Source: Clostridiales bacterium (GTDB lineage: Bacteria > Bacillota > Clostridia > Christensenellales > Aristaeellaceae). From it: DNA of 64,000 nt. Location: NCBI GenBank assembly GCA_012837965.1, contig DUQF01000013.1, forward strand, positions 17,360 to 81,359, given 5' to 3'. This document shows positions 8,625-16,429 of the stretch, piece after piece; position 1 is the stretch's first letter, and each line of letters opens with the position of its first letter. The notes beneath the pieces are model-generated. The model was not told the DNA's origin and did not search any database. It saw only the letters and a list, made by a program, of their open reading frames with translations. The position numbers and the translations under genes are program-made.

Positions 8625-9349
8625 AAAAGATGATAATTATTCTTCTCCTACTCATGTTCTTATTTATTTTTGCTTCTTATGCTGAAGTTTATGATTTGGC
8701 TAACTTGTTGTCTGAGCAGGAAGAAAGTTTGCTCAATAACCAAATGGAGCAAATCAAGCAAACCCATAAACTGGATATGATGCTGATTACAACCAACGAA
8801 AGCTTGGGAAAGGAAGCCGACTTGTTTGCCGCTGAATTCTACGAAACAAAACGCTCTCAACCCTTACCCGAGGAAGCTTTAATTTTCACAATCTGCATGG
8901 ATATCCGAAACTATGGGGAGGCTGCCCGCGGTAAAAGAATTGAAAAAAAGTTTACCTATAGCAATGACTCTGTCCTTGATGATATAATTGCCCCTCATTT
9001 GACTCAAGGCGATTATTTTGAAGGATTCAAAAGTTATCTGCAGTATGTTGATGAACAACTAACCTTTCGCTTACCCATTCCAATCATTGTAGTTGTATCT
9101 GCCACAATTTCAGTGATGATTGTCCTTATGATGATTAAGCAAATGAAACACGCAAAGCCTAAAGATACTGCCAATCAATACGCACCGCTCAATACTTTGA
9201 ACCTTTCAAGGCGTGAGGATATTTATCTTTACAAGGCCGTCAAACGTGAACGCATCCAAAAGAGTAATTCCTCTGGTTCCTCCGGTAGTGGTAGGTCTTT
9301 TTCTTCTTCAAGTGGCAACTCTTATGGAGGACGCAGCGGTAAGTTTTAA
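8621..9349 (+). CDS. TPM-domain protein (YgcG-like) with transmembrane helix and Gly/Ser-rich tail
   Basis: It has a signal/anchor, then a TPM-like domain (VYDLANLLSEQEE ... MLITT), a TM segment (IPIIVVVSATISVMIVLMMI) and an SSGSSGSGRSFSSSSGNSYGGRSGKF tail typical of YgcG proteins. An ATGA overlap joins it to the upstream gene. Confidence 0.65.
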   Translation: MKKMIIILLLLMFLFIFASYAEVYDLANLLSEQEESLLNNQMEQIKQTHKLDMMLITTNESLGKEADLFAAEFYETKRSQPLPEEALIFTICMDIRNYGEAARGKRIEKKFTYSNDSVLDDIIAPHLTQGDYFEGFKSYLQYVDEQLTFRLPIPIIVVVSATISVMIVLMMIKQMKHAKPKDTANQYAPLNTLNLSRREDIYLYKAVKRERIQKSNSSGSSGSGRSFSSSSGNSYGGRSGKF

Positions 9350-9427
9350 TTATCTTGCCAAATTTATCCAAAATCCAAAGTTCTAAATAAAATCATGATG
9401 AAATATAATTTCGTCAACTAAACAAAG

Positions 9428-9455
9428 TCCCAGCAGAGTATGCTGGGATTTTGTT
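9428..9455. terminator. Bidirectional terminator between the TPM gene and rnfB
   Basis: The stem tcccagca / tgctggga has a gagta loop. The plus strand has a T-rich tail (attttgtt) and the minus strand has ctttgttt. Confidence 0.7.
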
Positions 9456-9485
9456 GACAGTTAGACAAGCATTTGTTTTGTTAAT

Positions 9486-10274
9486 TTAACTAACGGTTAT
9501 ACAGTTGTTTGGACACACTTTGATACACTCTTCACACTGGGTACATTTTTCTTGATCGATTGTAGCAAAACCGTCGGCAACATGAATGGCATCAAAAGCA
9601 CAGGCTTTTTCACAGCGTTTGCATCCGATACAAGCATGAGTACACGCGGCACGTGCTTCTCTTGCTTTGGCTGAACTGCGACAGCGAACAGCTACCGTTG
9701 CGCTTCTTGGTACAAGCTCAATTACGTGACGGGGGCAAACATTCACACACATGCCGCAAGCAGTGCATTTTTTATCATCAATGACGGCAAGGTCATTTTC
9801 AATGGTTAAAGCATCAAACTTACAAACATTCACGCAGTCGCCAAGGCCGACGCAGGAATACTGACAAAGTTTAGGACCGCCAGCGAAGGCAACCGCCGCA
9901 GCGCAACTTTCAACACCACTATATTCATAGCGGATACCAGCGATTTCATTGGCGCCCTGACATAGCACACGAGCAACCTTTGGTTCTGATGCAGTTGCAC
10001 TAACACCCATAATTTCTGCCAAAGCTTGCACTGTTTTTGACCCACCAGGCGGGCAACCGGTGATAGGCGCTTCGCCCTTGGCAACAGCTTCGGCAAAGCC
10101 ATCACATCCGGGATATCCGCAGGCGCCGCAGTTAGCCCCTGCAAGATTATCGCGGATAAGAGCGACTTTTTCATCAACAGGAACCGCAAAGACCTTATCA
10201 GCAAAGCTTAAAATAACCCCAAATACAATTCCTAGACCGCCCATCACAAGAAGGGCATTCAGAATATCTAACAT
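9486..10274 (-). CDS. rnfB: Rnf electron transport complex subunit B
   Basis: It has an N-terminal TM helix, a CGACGYPGCDGFA cluster motif and several CxxCxxCxxxCP ferredoxin motifs. It is the last gene of the rnf cluster. Confidence 0.9.
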   Translation of the reverse strand: MLDILNALLVMGGLGIVFGVILSFADKVFAVPVDEKVALIRDNLAGANCGACGYPGCDGFAEAVAKGEAPITGCPPGGSKTVQALAEIMGVSATASEPKVARVLCQGANEIAGIRYEYSGVESCAAAVAFAGGPKLCQYSCVGLGDCVNVCKFDALTIENDLAVIDDKKCTACGMCVNVCPRHVIELVPRSATVAVRCRSSAKAREARAACTHACIGCKRCEKACAFDAIHVADGFATIDQEKCTQCEECIKVCPNNCITVS

Positions 10275-10284
10275 CTTTCCCTCC

Positions 10285-10875
10285 TTATTTCACTAAACCA
10301 GTAAAGCCCATAAAAGCAACCGCCATCATGCCTGCTATAACAAGACTGATGGAAAAGCCACGGAAGGGCTTGGGAATATCGGAAGTTTCCAAACGCTCAC
10401 GAACGCCAGCCATCATAACGATAGCGAGTAGGAAGCCTAAGGCACCAAAAACACCGCTTAATACTGATTCGATCAAGCCATAGCTTGACTTGATATTCAG
10501 TAAGGCAACACCTAAAACCGCACAATTTGTGGTGATTAGAGGCAAATAAATACCAAGCGCGTTATATAGTGCAGGCAGTGATTTTTTCATGAACATTTCA
10601 ACAAATTGCACCAACGCCGCAATAATGAAAATAAAAGCGATCGTGTCCAAATACTTCAGATCGTACGGTTCAAGAAGATAAGTATACGCTACCCAGGTAA
10701 AGGCAGAGGCCAAGCCCATAACGAATGTAACCGCCAAGCCCATACCGATTGAGGTTTCAACTTTTGAAGAAACACCAAGGAAAGGACAGTTGCCCAAGAA
10801 ACGAGAGAAGATATAGTTGTTACATAGAATGCAATCAACCATAAAAAGAAAGAAACCAACTTCAGCTAATCTCAT
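10285..10875 (-). CDS. rnfA: Rnf complex subunit A
   Basis: A polytopic membrane protein reading NNYIFSRFLGNCPFLGVS ... LPLITTNCAVLGVALL, which is the RnfA/NqrE signature. The start is uncertain: 10875, or the internal ATG at 10842. Confidence 0.85.
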   Translation of the reverse strand: MRLAEVGFFLFMVDCILCNNYIFSRFLGNCPFLGVSSKVETSIGMGLAVTFVMGLASAFTWVAYTYLLEPYDLKYLDTIAFIFIIAALVQFVEMFMKKSLPALYNALGIYLPLITTNCAVLGVALLNIKSSYGLIESVLSGVFGALGFLLAIVMMAGVRERLETSDIPKPFRGFSISLVIAGMMAVAFMGFTGLVK

Positions 10876-11497
10876 GTTCTGCCTCCTTCTTTTTGGAGCT
10901 AAACTTTTCAGTTACTCCATTAATTATACCAAGAGCTAATCCATATACGATAAAGCCACCTGGAGCTAAAATTAGTAACAGCATTGGCTGAAAATGCGCA
11001 CCAAACACTTGATAGTCAAAGATTGTTCCAGCGCCAATCACTTCACGGATGGCACCAATGAGGAGCAGGCCCAACGTAAAACCGAGACCCATACCAAGAC
11101 CATCCATGGCAGATTCACCAACATTATTCTTGCTTGCAAAAGCTTCAGCTCTGGCAAGAATGATACAGTTAACCACAATAAGTGGAATGAATATACCTAA
11201 GGATTCATACAGTGAAGGTAAGAAAGCTTGCATTATCATCTGTACCATGGTAACAAAGGTACAAATCACAACAATAAATGCAGGAATACGAACTTTATTG
11301 GGAATAAAGTTTCTCAATAAAGAGATAACCACGTTAGACCCCACTAGAACGAACGTTGCAGCCAAACCCATACCCACGCCATTAATAGCGCTGGTGGTAA
11401 CAGCAATAGTTGGACAGGTCCCTAAAACTAAGCGGAATACTGGGTTTTCTCCAAAAAGTCCATTGGTAAATACCTTTCCAAGTTTATTTTTTGACAT
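10862..11497 (-). CDS. rnfE: Rnf complex subunit E
   Basis: It reads NPVFRLVLGTCPTIAVTT ... IPLIVVNCIILARAEAFA, the RnfE/NqrD signature. It overlaps the rnfD end by 14 nt. Confidence 0.9.
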   Translation of the reverse strand: MSKNKLGKVFTNGLFGENPVFRLVLGTCPTIAVTTSAINGVGMGLAATFVLVGSNVVISLLRNFIPNKVRIPAFIVVICTFVTMVQMIMQAFLPSLYESLGIFIPLIVVNCIILARAEAFASKNNVGESAMDGLGMGLGFTLGLLLIGAIREVIGAGTIFDYQVFGAHFQPMLLLILAPGGFIVYGLALGIINGVTEKFSSKKKEAEHEIS

Positions 11498-12425
11498 TCT
11501 TTTTCACCTCCCCATAAACTTTGCGCTTGGTATAGCGGTCGATAAGAGGCGTCAAACAGTTCATAAACAAAATCGCATAGGTGACGCCCTCAGGATAGCC
11601 GCCCCACTTACGGATTACAACAACAATCACCCCGCATAAAATGCTGAAGATTGCCTGCCCAACTTTAAGCATGGGTGTTGTTACATAGTCGGTCGCCATA
11701 AATACGGCACCAAAGAGAACGCCTCCGGTTAAAACAGTGTTTAACGGATCGTTCCCGACTATCAAGGAAAAGACAACGACAGTTCCAATAAACAGCGTGG
11801 GAATAAGCCAAGTAATGGTCTTAGTAAACAAAAGATAGGCGAGACCAAGCAAAATCGCAATTTTAGCCACTTCTCCGATAGCGCCAGGTACGTTGCCAAT
11901 GATAAGATCCCAAGTGGAAAAGGTTGATGATAAAGGCGTTGCAGCTGCCACGGTATCAACGCCAACCTTCGCTGTAGAAGAAAGCATCGCACGAATAGGC
12001 TCATAAGATTTGGTCATCAGTGCTGGCCAAGACGCAAGTAATACACCACGAGCAAATAGCGCCGGGTTCATGAAATTCTGCCCTAACCCGCCAAAGAGCT
12101 GTTTAACCAGAATAATAGCGATGGCAGAACCGAGTGCCGGCATCCAAAGTGGTACAATACTTGGCAGGCTTAATCCTACAAGTAAACCGGTTACTGCTGC
12201 GGAAAGGTCAAAGACAGTGACCTTTTTTCGGGTCAACAACTGCCACATAAGCTCACACAGCACTGCGCTAAGCGTAGATACTAATAGTACTAAAGCTGCG
12301 CGCTTTCCAAAAAAGTAAAGACCACAAAGCGTTGTTGGGAGTAAGCTAATCAACACGTTGCCCATCAGAGAGCGCGTCGTTTGCTTATCCACAATATGTG
12401 GTGCTGGAGATACACGTAAAGTCAT
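11484..12425 (-). CDS. rnfD: Rnf complex subunit D
   Basis: A 313-aa polytopic NqrB/RnfD-family protein. The putative flavinylation motif is DTVAAATPL. An ATGA-type overlap joins it to rnfC. Confidence 0.9.
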   Translation of the reverse strand: MTLRVSPAPHIVDKQTTRSLMGNVLISLLPTTLCGLYFFGKRAALVLLVSTLSAVLCELMWQLLTRKKVTVFDLSAAVTGLLVGLSLPSIVPLWMPALGSAIAIILVKQLFGGLGQNFMNPALFARGVLLASWPALMTKSYEPIRAMLSSTAKVGVDTVAAATPLSSTFSTWDLIIGNVPGAIGEVAKIAILLGLAYLLFTKTITWLIPTLFIGTVVVFSLIVGNDPLNTVLTGGVLFGAVFMATDYVTTPMLKVGQAIFSILCGVIVVVIRKWGGYPEGVTYAILFMNCLTPLIDRYTKRKVYGEVKKNVKK

Positions 12426-13747
12426 GCTTTTTTCCTCCTTACAGCAAGAGTATCTTTACCAAGCTTAAAGGTTGCCGTTAATCTGCGTTTTGCGGGACAC
12501 ACGAATGAACAAGCACCACAAAGAATACAATCTTCAAGGCCACTTTTTTCGGCATCGTCCAGACGATCCTGAATAAGCAGTCCACGCAGTTCAACAGGAT
12601 TGAGCCTTGTTGGGCAAACGTCCACACAACGTGCGCAGCGAATACAGTTGGTTTCTTCGGCAAGCTTAGCTTCCTTTTGAGATAGAACAACAAAGCCGTT
12701 GTTTTGCTTAGATAACGGTACTTCGTCATTAGGTATACAAACGCCCATCATGCTGCCGCCCACAAAAATTTTACCGGGTTCAGTAGCATAGCCACCGCAG
12801 AATTCGACAGCATCTTTGGTTAATGTGCCGTTTGGTAACAATAAGTTTGCAGGTTCTTTCACTTGTCCGGTGGCAGAACATAGACGCTTAACAAGAGGCT
12901 TTCCCTCATAAACGGCATCAGCTATAGCGCTTACCGTAGCAACATTTAACACAATGGTGTTTATATCAATTGGCAGACCGCCTCTGGGCACCTCACGCTT
13001 CAGCACAGCTTCTATCAGTTGCTTTTCGCCACCTTGCGGATACTTGGCTTGAACCGTAGCAAATTCAATGCCTTTATATTCTGGCACTAAGGCTTTAAGA
13101 GCAGCAATAGCAAGTGGTTTATTATCTTCAACGGCGATAATGCCACGCTCAACATTCAACGACTTTAATACAATTTTAAGCCCTTTGAAAATACTTTCAG
13201 GCCGCTCCATCATTAAGCGTTCGTCGCTTGTAAGAAAAGTCTCGCACTCACAGCCGTTTACGATAATGGTATCAGCTGACTTGCCTTGCGGTATAGATAG
13301 CTTGACATGGGTTGGGAAAGCAGCCCCTCCCATTCCACAGATGCCGGCATTACGAACAATAGAACAGAGTTCTTCGGCTGGAAGCGCCTTGGGATTTGCG
13401 CAGGGATTTAGTTCCACCCATGAATCCTGTTTATCATTTTCAATGGCGATAAAAGGCGAAGGCATTTTGCCAAACATTTGCATAGCGCCCACTTCTTTAA
13501 CAGTACCACTGACGCTTGCATGCACATAAATGCCCCAGTCGCCGCCCGGTTCGGCAATTACTTGGCCTAACTTTACTTGGTCGTCTTTTTTAACAACAGG
13601 CTTTGATGGCGGTCCGATATGTGTATCAAGCGGGATATAGACAACCGAAGGGCTAAAAGGCTTACTTGGTTGATTACCAGTTAACCCCTTCTTCTCATCT
13701 AACTCCTTATAAGGATGAACCCCTCCACGAAAAGTTAATAAGCTCAC
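12422..13747 (-). CDS. rnfC: Rnf complex subunit C
   Basis: 441 aa with an NADH-binding/SLBB-type core (ICGMGGAGFPTH-like: GMGGAAFPTHVKL) and two C-terminal 4Fe-4S motifs (CIRCARCVDVCP, CILCGACSFVCP). Confidence 0.9.
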   Translation of the reverse strand: MSLLTFRGGVHPYKELDEKKGLTGNQPSKPFSPSVVYIPLDTHIGPPSKPVVKKDDQVKLGQVIAEPGGDWGIYVHASVSGTVKEVGAMQMFGKMPSPFIAIENDKQDSWVELNPCANPKALPAEELCSIVRNAGICGMGGAAFPTHVKLSIPQGKSADTIIVNGCECETFLTSDERLMMERPESIFKGLKIVLKSLNVERGIIAVEDNKPLAIAALKALVPEYKGIEFATVQAKYPQGGEKQLIEAVLKREVPRGGLPIDINTIVLNVATVSAIADAVYEGKPLVKRLCSATGQVKEPANLLLPNGTLTKDAVEFCGGYATEPGKIFVGGSMMGVCIPNDEVPLSKQNNGFVVLSQKEAKLAEETNCIRCARCVDVCPTRLNPVELRGLLIQDRLDDAEKSGLEDCILCGACSFVCPAKRRLTATFKLGKDTLAVRRKKA

Positions 13748-13760
13748 GTTCTTCCCTCCC

Positions 13761-15764
13761 TTACTTCACTTCTAAAGCATTGTTGGCTTCATCACCCAAC
13801 AACTGCTCATAAGCCGCATTAATAGCTTGTACAACTGCCTTAGAGGTATACGTTGCGCCACTAATGGCATCAATATCCTCGATGGTAAGCGGAGCCACTT
13901 TGCCAATTAGCATCTGGGCGAATTCCGGTTCTAAAACCTTGGTGCCACGCCCTTCGGTTTCAACAAAGCTATCATCACCAATTATAATATCGGTAATGGA
14001 CTTGTTAGCGTCAAAAGTAACTTTAATAGCCACAGGGCCAACGCCACCCGGCGCGGAAGCGGATACAGTTCCACCTTGGAAAACAGCGCCTGTATCACCA
14101 TTGTTGTTGTCAGCGACGCTCTCTCCGCCGTCATTTTCATCGTCACCGTCTTTGCCATCATTACCCAACAACTGCTCATAAGCAGTATTAATAGCTTGAA
14201 CAACGGCCTTGGAGGTGAAAGTTGCGCCACTAATGGCATCAATATCCTCGATGGTAAGCGGAGCCACCTTGCCAATCAGCATCCGGGCAAATTCAGGTTC
14301 TAAAACCTTGGTACCACGTCCTTCGGTTTCAACAAAACTATCGTCACCAATTATAATATCAGTAATGGACTTGTCGGCGTCAAAAGTAACTTTAACAGCT
14401 ACGGGGCCAACACCGCCCGGAGCGGAAGCAGATGCTGTTCCACCTTTGAAGATAGGTTCGGCATCGTCAGCGTCACTACTGTCGGCACTGTCACCAACAT
14501 CACCGTCAAGGCTATTATCGGTATCATCACTCTTGGTACCGTCATCGCTATCAATAACACCGTTTATATCATCACTTTCTTCATCACTTACTTCGCCACC
14601 ACCACTTAACAGCTGCTCAAAAGCGGCATTAATAGCATCTACAACCGCCTGTGAGGTAATAGTTGCTTTGCTGATAGCATCAATGTCTTTGATGGCAAGC
14701 GGAGCCGACTTGCCAATGAGCATTTGAGCAAATTCGGGCGCTAAAACCTTATCACCAATGCCTGGGGTTTCCGCAAAGCTGTCATCACCAATCTTAATAT
14801 CAGTAATGATCTTGTTATCATCAAAGGTTACTTCAACCACAACTGGACCAGCAAAGCCTTGTACTGACGCAGTCGCTGTTCCGGCAGAGAAAACCATCCC
14901 CCCGGACGATAGCTGTTCAATAGCAACATTGATGGCATCAACCACCGCTTGCGAGGTGATGGTCGCTTTACTAATCGCATCAATATCGTTAATGGTAAGC
15001 GGAGCCGACTTGCCAATGAGCATTTGGGCAAATTCGGGCGCTAAAACCTTATCGCCAATGCCTGGGGTTTCCGCAAAACTGTCATCACCAATCTTAATAT
15101 CGGTAATGGTCTTGTTGTCATCAAAGGTTACTTCAACCACAACAGGACCGGCAAAGCCTTGAACTGATGCGGTCGTTGTTCCTGCCTTAAAGCCACCCAA
15201 GTCAACAGGAGCTTTTAACAGGTCTACTACCTGCTTAACAACGCTATTGACCCCACGGGTAATCGCATTGGTGGTAATAGTAGCGGCAGTAATGCTATCA
15301 ATCGTTGAGTCATCAGCCTCATCGCTTTGCTTAATGACTCTAAGAGGGGCAATCTTGCCTTTGAACTGGTCGGTAAATTTCGGTTCTTTTGCTTTGGCGC
15401 CAAGACCTGCCGTTTCCGCAAAATTGGCTCCACCGACACTAATACCGGTAATTATTCCATCGGGCGTTAAGCCGACAGTCACTTCAATATCACCGCCATA
15501 ACCCTTTGCGGTAATAACGCCTACATAGCCAATAACCTCATCACCTTTTTTACCCACAAAAAGTTGGTCGATGCTTAATTCCTGCTCCCCCTGGAAAGGC
15601 TCAAACTCAGCATCTGCCAATACGGCTTTGCGTGCCTTGTCGGCATTTAAAGCCTCTTGGTCTTTAATGGGGCCTTTAGTGATCAGGTTTGTCCCGGCCA
15701 AGCACAGCGCCGCAACCAACATAATGATTGCAAGTACTAACCAAGCCGGCATTTCCTTTTTCAT
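13761..15764 (-). CDS. rnfG: RnfG-like subunit expanded to five FMN-binding modules (membrane anchor + RnfG core + four extra FMN_bind-type domains)
   Basis: It has an N-terminal TM helix. The RnfG core reads GYGGDIEVTVGLTPDGIITGISV ... FAETAGLGAKA ... DSITAATITT. Four further modules each end in DAIS(K/G)AT(I/F/Y)TS. Start 15764 is preferred (AGGAGG 10 nt upstream); the ORF track starts at 15773. Confidence 0.8.
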   Translation of the reverse strand: MKKEMPAWLVLAIIMLVAALCLAGTNLITKGPIKDQEALNADKARKAVLADAEFEPFQGEQELSIDQLFVGKKGDEVIGYVGVITAKGYGGDIEVTVGLTPDGIITGISVGGANFAETAGLGAKAKEPKFTDQFKGKIAPLRVIKQSDEADDSTIDSITAATITTNAITRGVNSVVKQVVDLLKAPVDLGGFKAGTTTASVQGFAGPVVVEVTFDDNKTITDIKIGDDSFAETPGIGDKVLAPEFAQMLIGKSAPLTINDIDAISKATITSQAVVDAINVAIEQLSSGGMVFSAGTATASVQGFAGPVVVEVTFDDNKIITDIKIGDDSFAETPGIGDKVLAPEFAQMLIGKSAPLAIKDIDAISKATITSQAVVDAINAAFEQLLSGGGEVSDEESDDINGVIDSDDGTKSDDTDNSLDGDVGDSADSSDADDAEPIFKGGTASASAPGGVGPVAVKVTFDADKSITDIIIGDDSFVETEGRGTKVLEPEFARMLIGKVAPLTIEDIDAISGATFTSKAVVQAINTAYEQLLGNDGKDGDDENDGGESVADNNNGDTGAVFQGGTVSASAPGGVGPVAIKVTFDANKSITDIIIGDDSFVETEGRGTKVLEPEFAQMLIGKVAPLTIEDIDAISGATYTSKAVVQAINAAYEQLLGDEANNALEVK
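13764..14453 (-). repeat. In-frame tandem duplication, period 369 nt (FMN-binding modules 4 and 5, SGAT type)
   Basis: 13861-13920 matches 14230-14289 at 56 of 60 nt. The encoded modules are near identical (GGTxSASAPGGVGPVAxKVTFDAxKSITDIIIGDDSFVETEGRGTKVLEPEFAxMLIGKVAPLTIEDIDAISGAT). Confidence 0.9.
14598..15188 (-). repeat. In-frame tandem duplication, period 300 nt (FMN-binding modules 2 and 3, SKAT type)
   Basis: 14701-14880 matches 15001-15180 at 168 of 180 nt. The encoded modules are near identical (ASVQGFAGPVVVEVTFDDNKxITDIKIGDDSFAETPGIGDKVLAPEFAQMLIGKSAPLxIxDIDAISKATITSQAVVDAIN). Confidence 0.9.
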
Positions 15765-15783
15765 ACAGACCATCCCTCCTGAA

Positions 15784-16404
15784 TTATTGCATATTTAAAA
15801 GATGTGAATCGAGTGGACGACCCAACATCTCTTGAGCCAATGAATAGTTACGATTTTTCAGTGCCTCCCTGATAGCAGTACTTGACACAATCAGGCCTTC
15901 AGTGGTCTTGACCGGTGGCACAACAATTAATTGAAGATTTCTTTGATTACACAATTCCCGAAGCTTTACATGGTCAGTTTTTGCAGCAAATCCGAAGCGA
16001 TGATTGTATCCGATAACCAGCGCCTTAACTTGCATGGACTGTAAAAGTAACTTGTCAAGAAAGTCTTCTCCCGACATTTGCATCAGCTGCTTATCAAACG
16101 AACTAAATGCTACCGTATCAACCCCATAATTGAATAAAATATCGGTTTTTTCTTGAAGTGGGGTCAATTCTTGATAGGCTTGATCGGGAAAGAGTATCTG
16201 TGCAGGAGATTGAGTGTACGTATGCACACAAATAAAAAAACCGTCACTCTCTTTTAAAGCCAGAGCGGCATCAATTAAGGCACGATGACCGCAGTGTACA
16301 CCATCAAAGAAACCAAGACATACGACATAATCCTTGCCGCATTCGGGATGCAGCCCCAAAAACTCAATCAAAGCAAAGCACCATTCAATGAATTTTATGC
16401 ACAA
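15784..16404 (-). CDS. Stand-alone FMN adenylyltransferase (FAD synthetase N-terminal domain of RibF/RibC, no riboflavin kinase domain)
   Basis: 206 aa with the nucleotidyltransferase motif GFFDGVHCGH and the C-terminal SSTAIREAL motif. The protein ends about where the kinase domain of bifunctional RibF would begin. Confidence 0.75.
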   Translation of the reverse strand: MCIKFIEWCFALIEFLGLHPECGKDYVVCLGFFDGVHCGHRALIDAALALKESDGFFICVHTYTQSPAQILFPDQAYQELTPLQEKTDILFNYGVDTVAFSSFDKQLMQMSGEDFLDKLLLQSMQVKALVIGYNHRFGFAAKTDHVKLRELCNQRNLQLIVVPPVKTTEGLIVSSTAIREALKNRNYSLAQEMLGRPLDSHLLNMQ

Positions 16405-16429
16405 ATGGTATCATGGAGCACAAAAACTG

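Noticed and set aside
11049-11639. 196-aa ORF on the plus strand overlapping rnfE and rnfD. Similar long antisense ORFs lie at 12010-12318, 13068-13529, 9830-10204 and 10060-10296.
   Set aside because: These ORFs lie antisense to, or out of frame within, strongly supported rnf genes. Their compositions are Pro/Ser/Thr/Ala-biased and typical of reverse frames, and I see no ribosome-binding site or family resemblance. I treat them as non-coding shadows.
13864-15162. A series of plus-strand ORFs (13864-14181, 14209-14727, 14758-15162) with repetitive Ser/Pro-rich translations, which could be mistaken for a repetitive surface protein.
   Set aside because: They are the antisense image of the tandemly duplicated FMN-binding modules of the rnfG-like gene. 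The minus-strand frame gives clear FMN_bind motifs and is continuous for 670 codons.
13764-15188. Tandem DNA repeats that might suggest a CRISPR array, satellite or mobile-element remnant.
   Set aside because: The periods are 300 and 369 nt with no short repeat/spacer structure. The repeats are in frame inside one ORF and encode complete protein domains. No cas genes or transposase are nearby.
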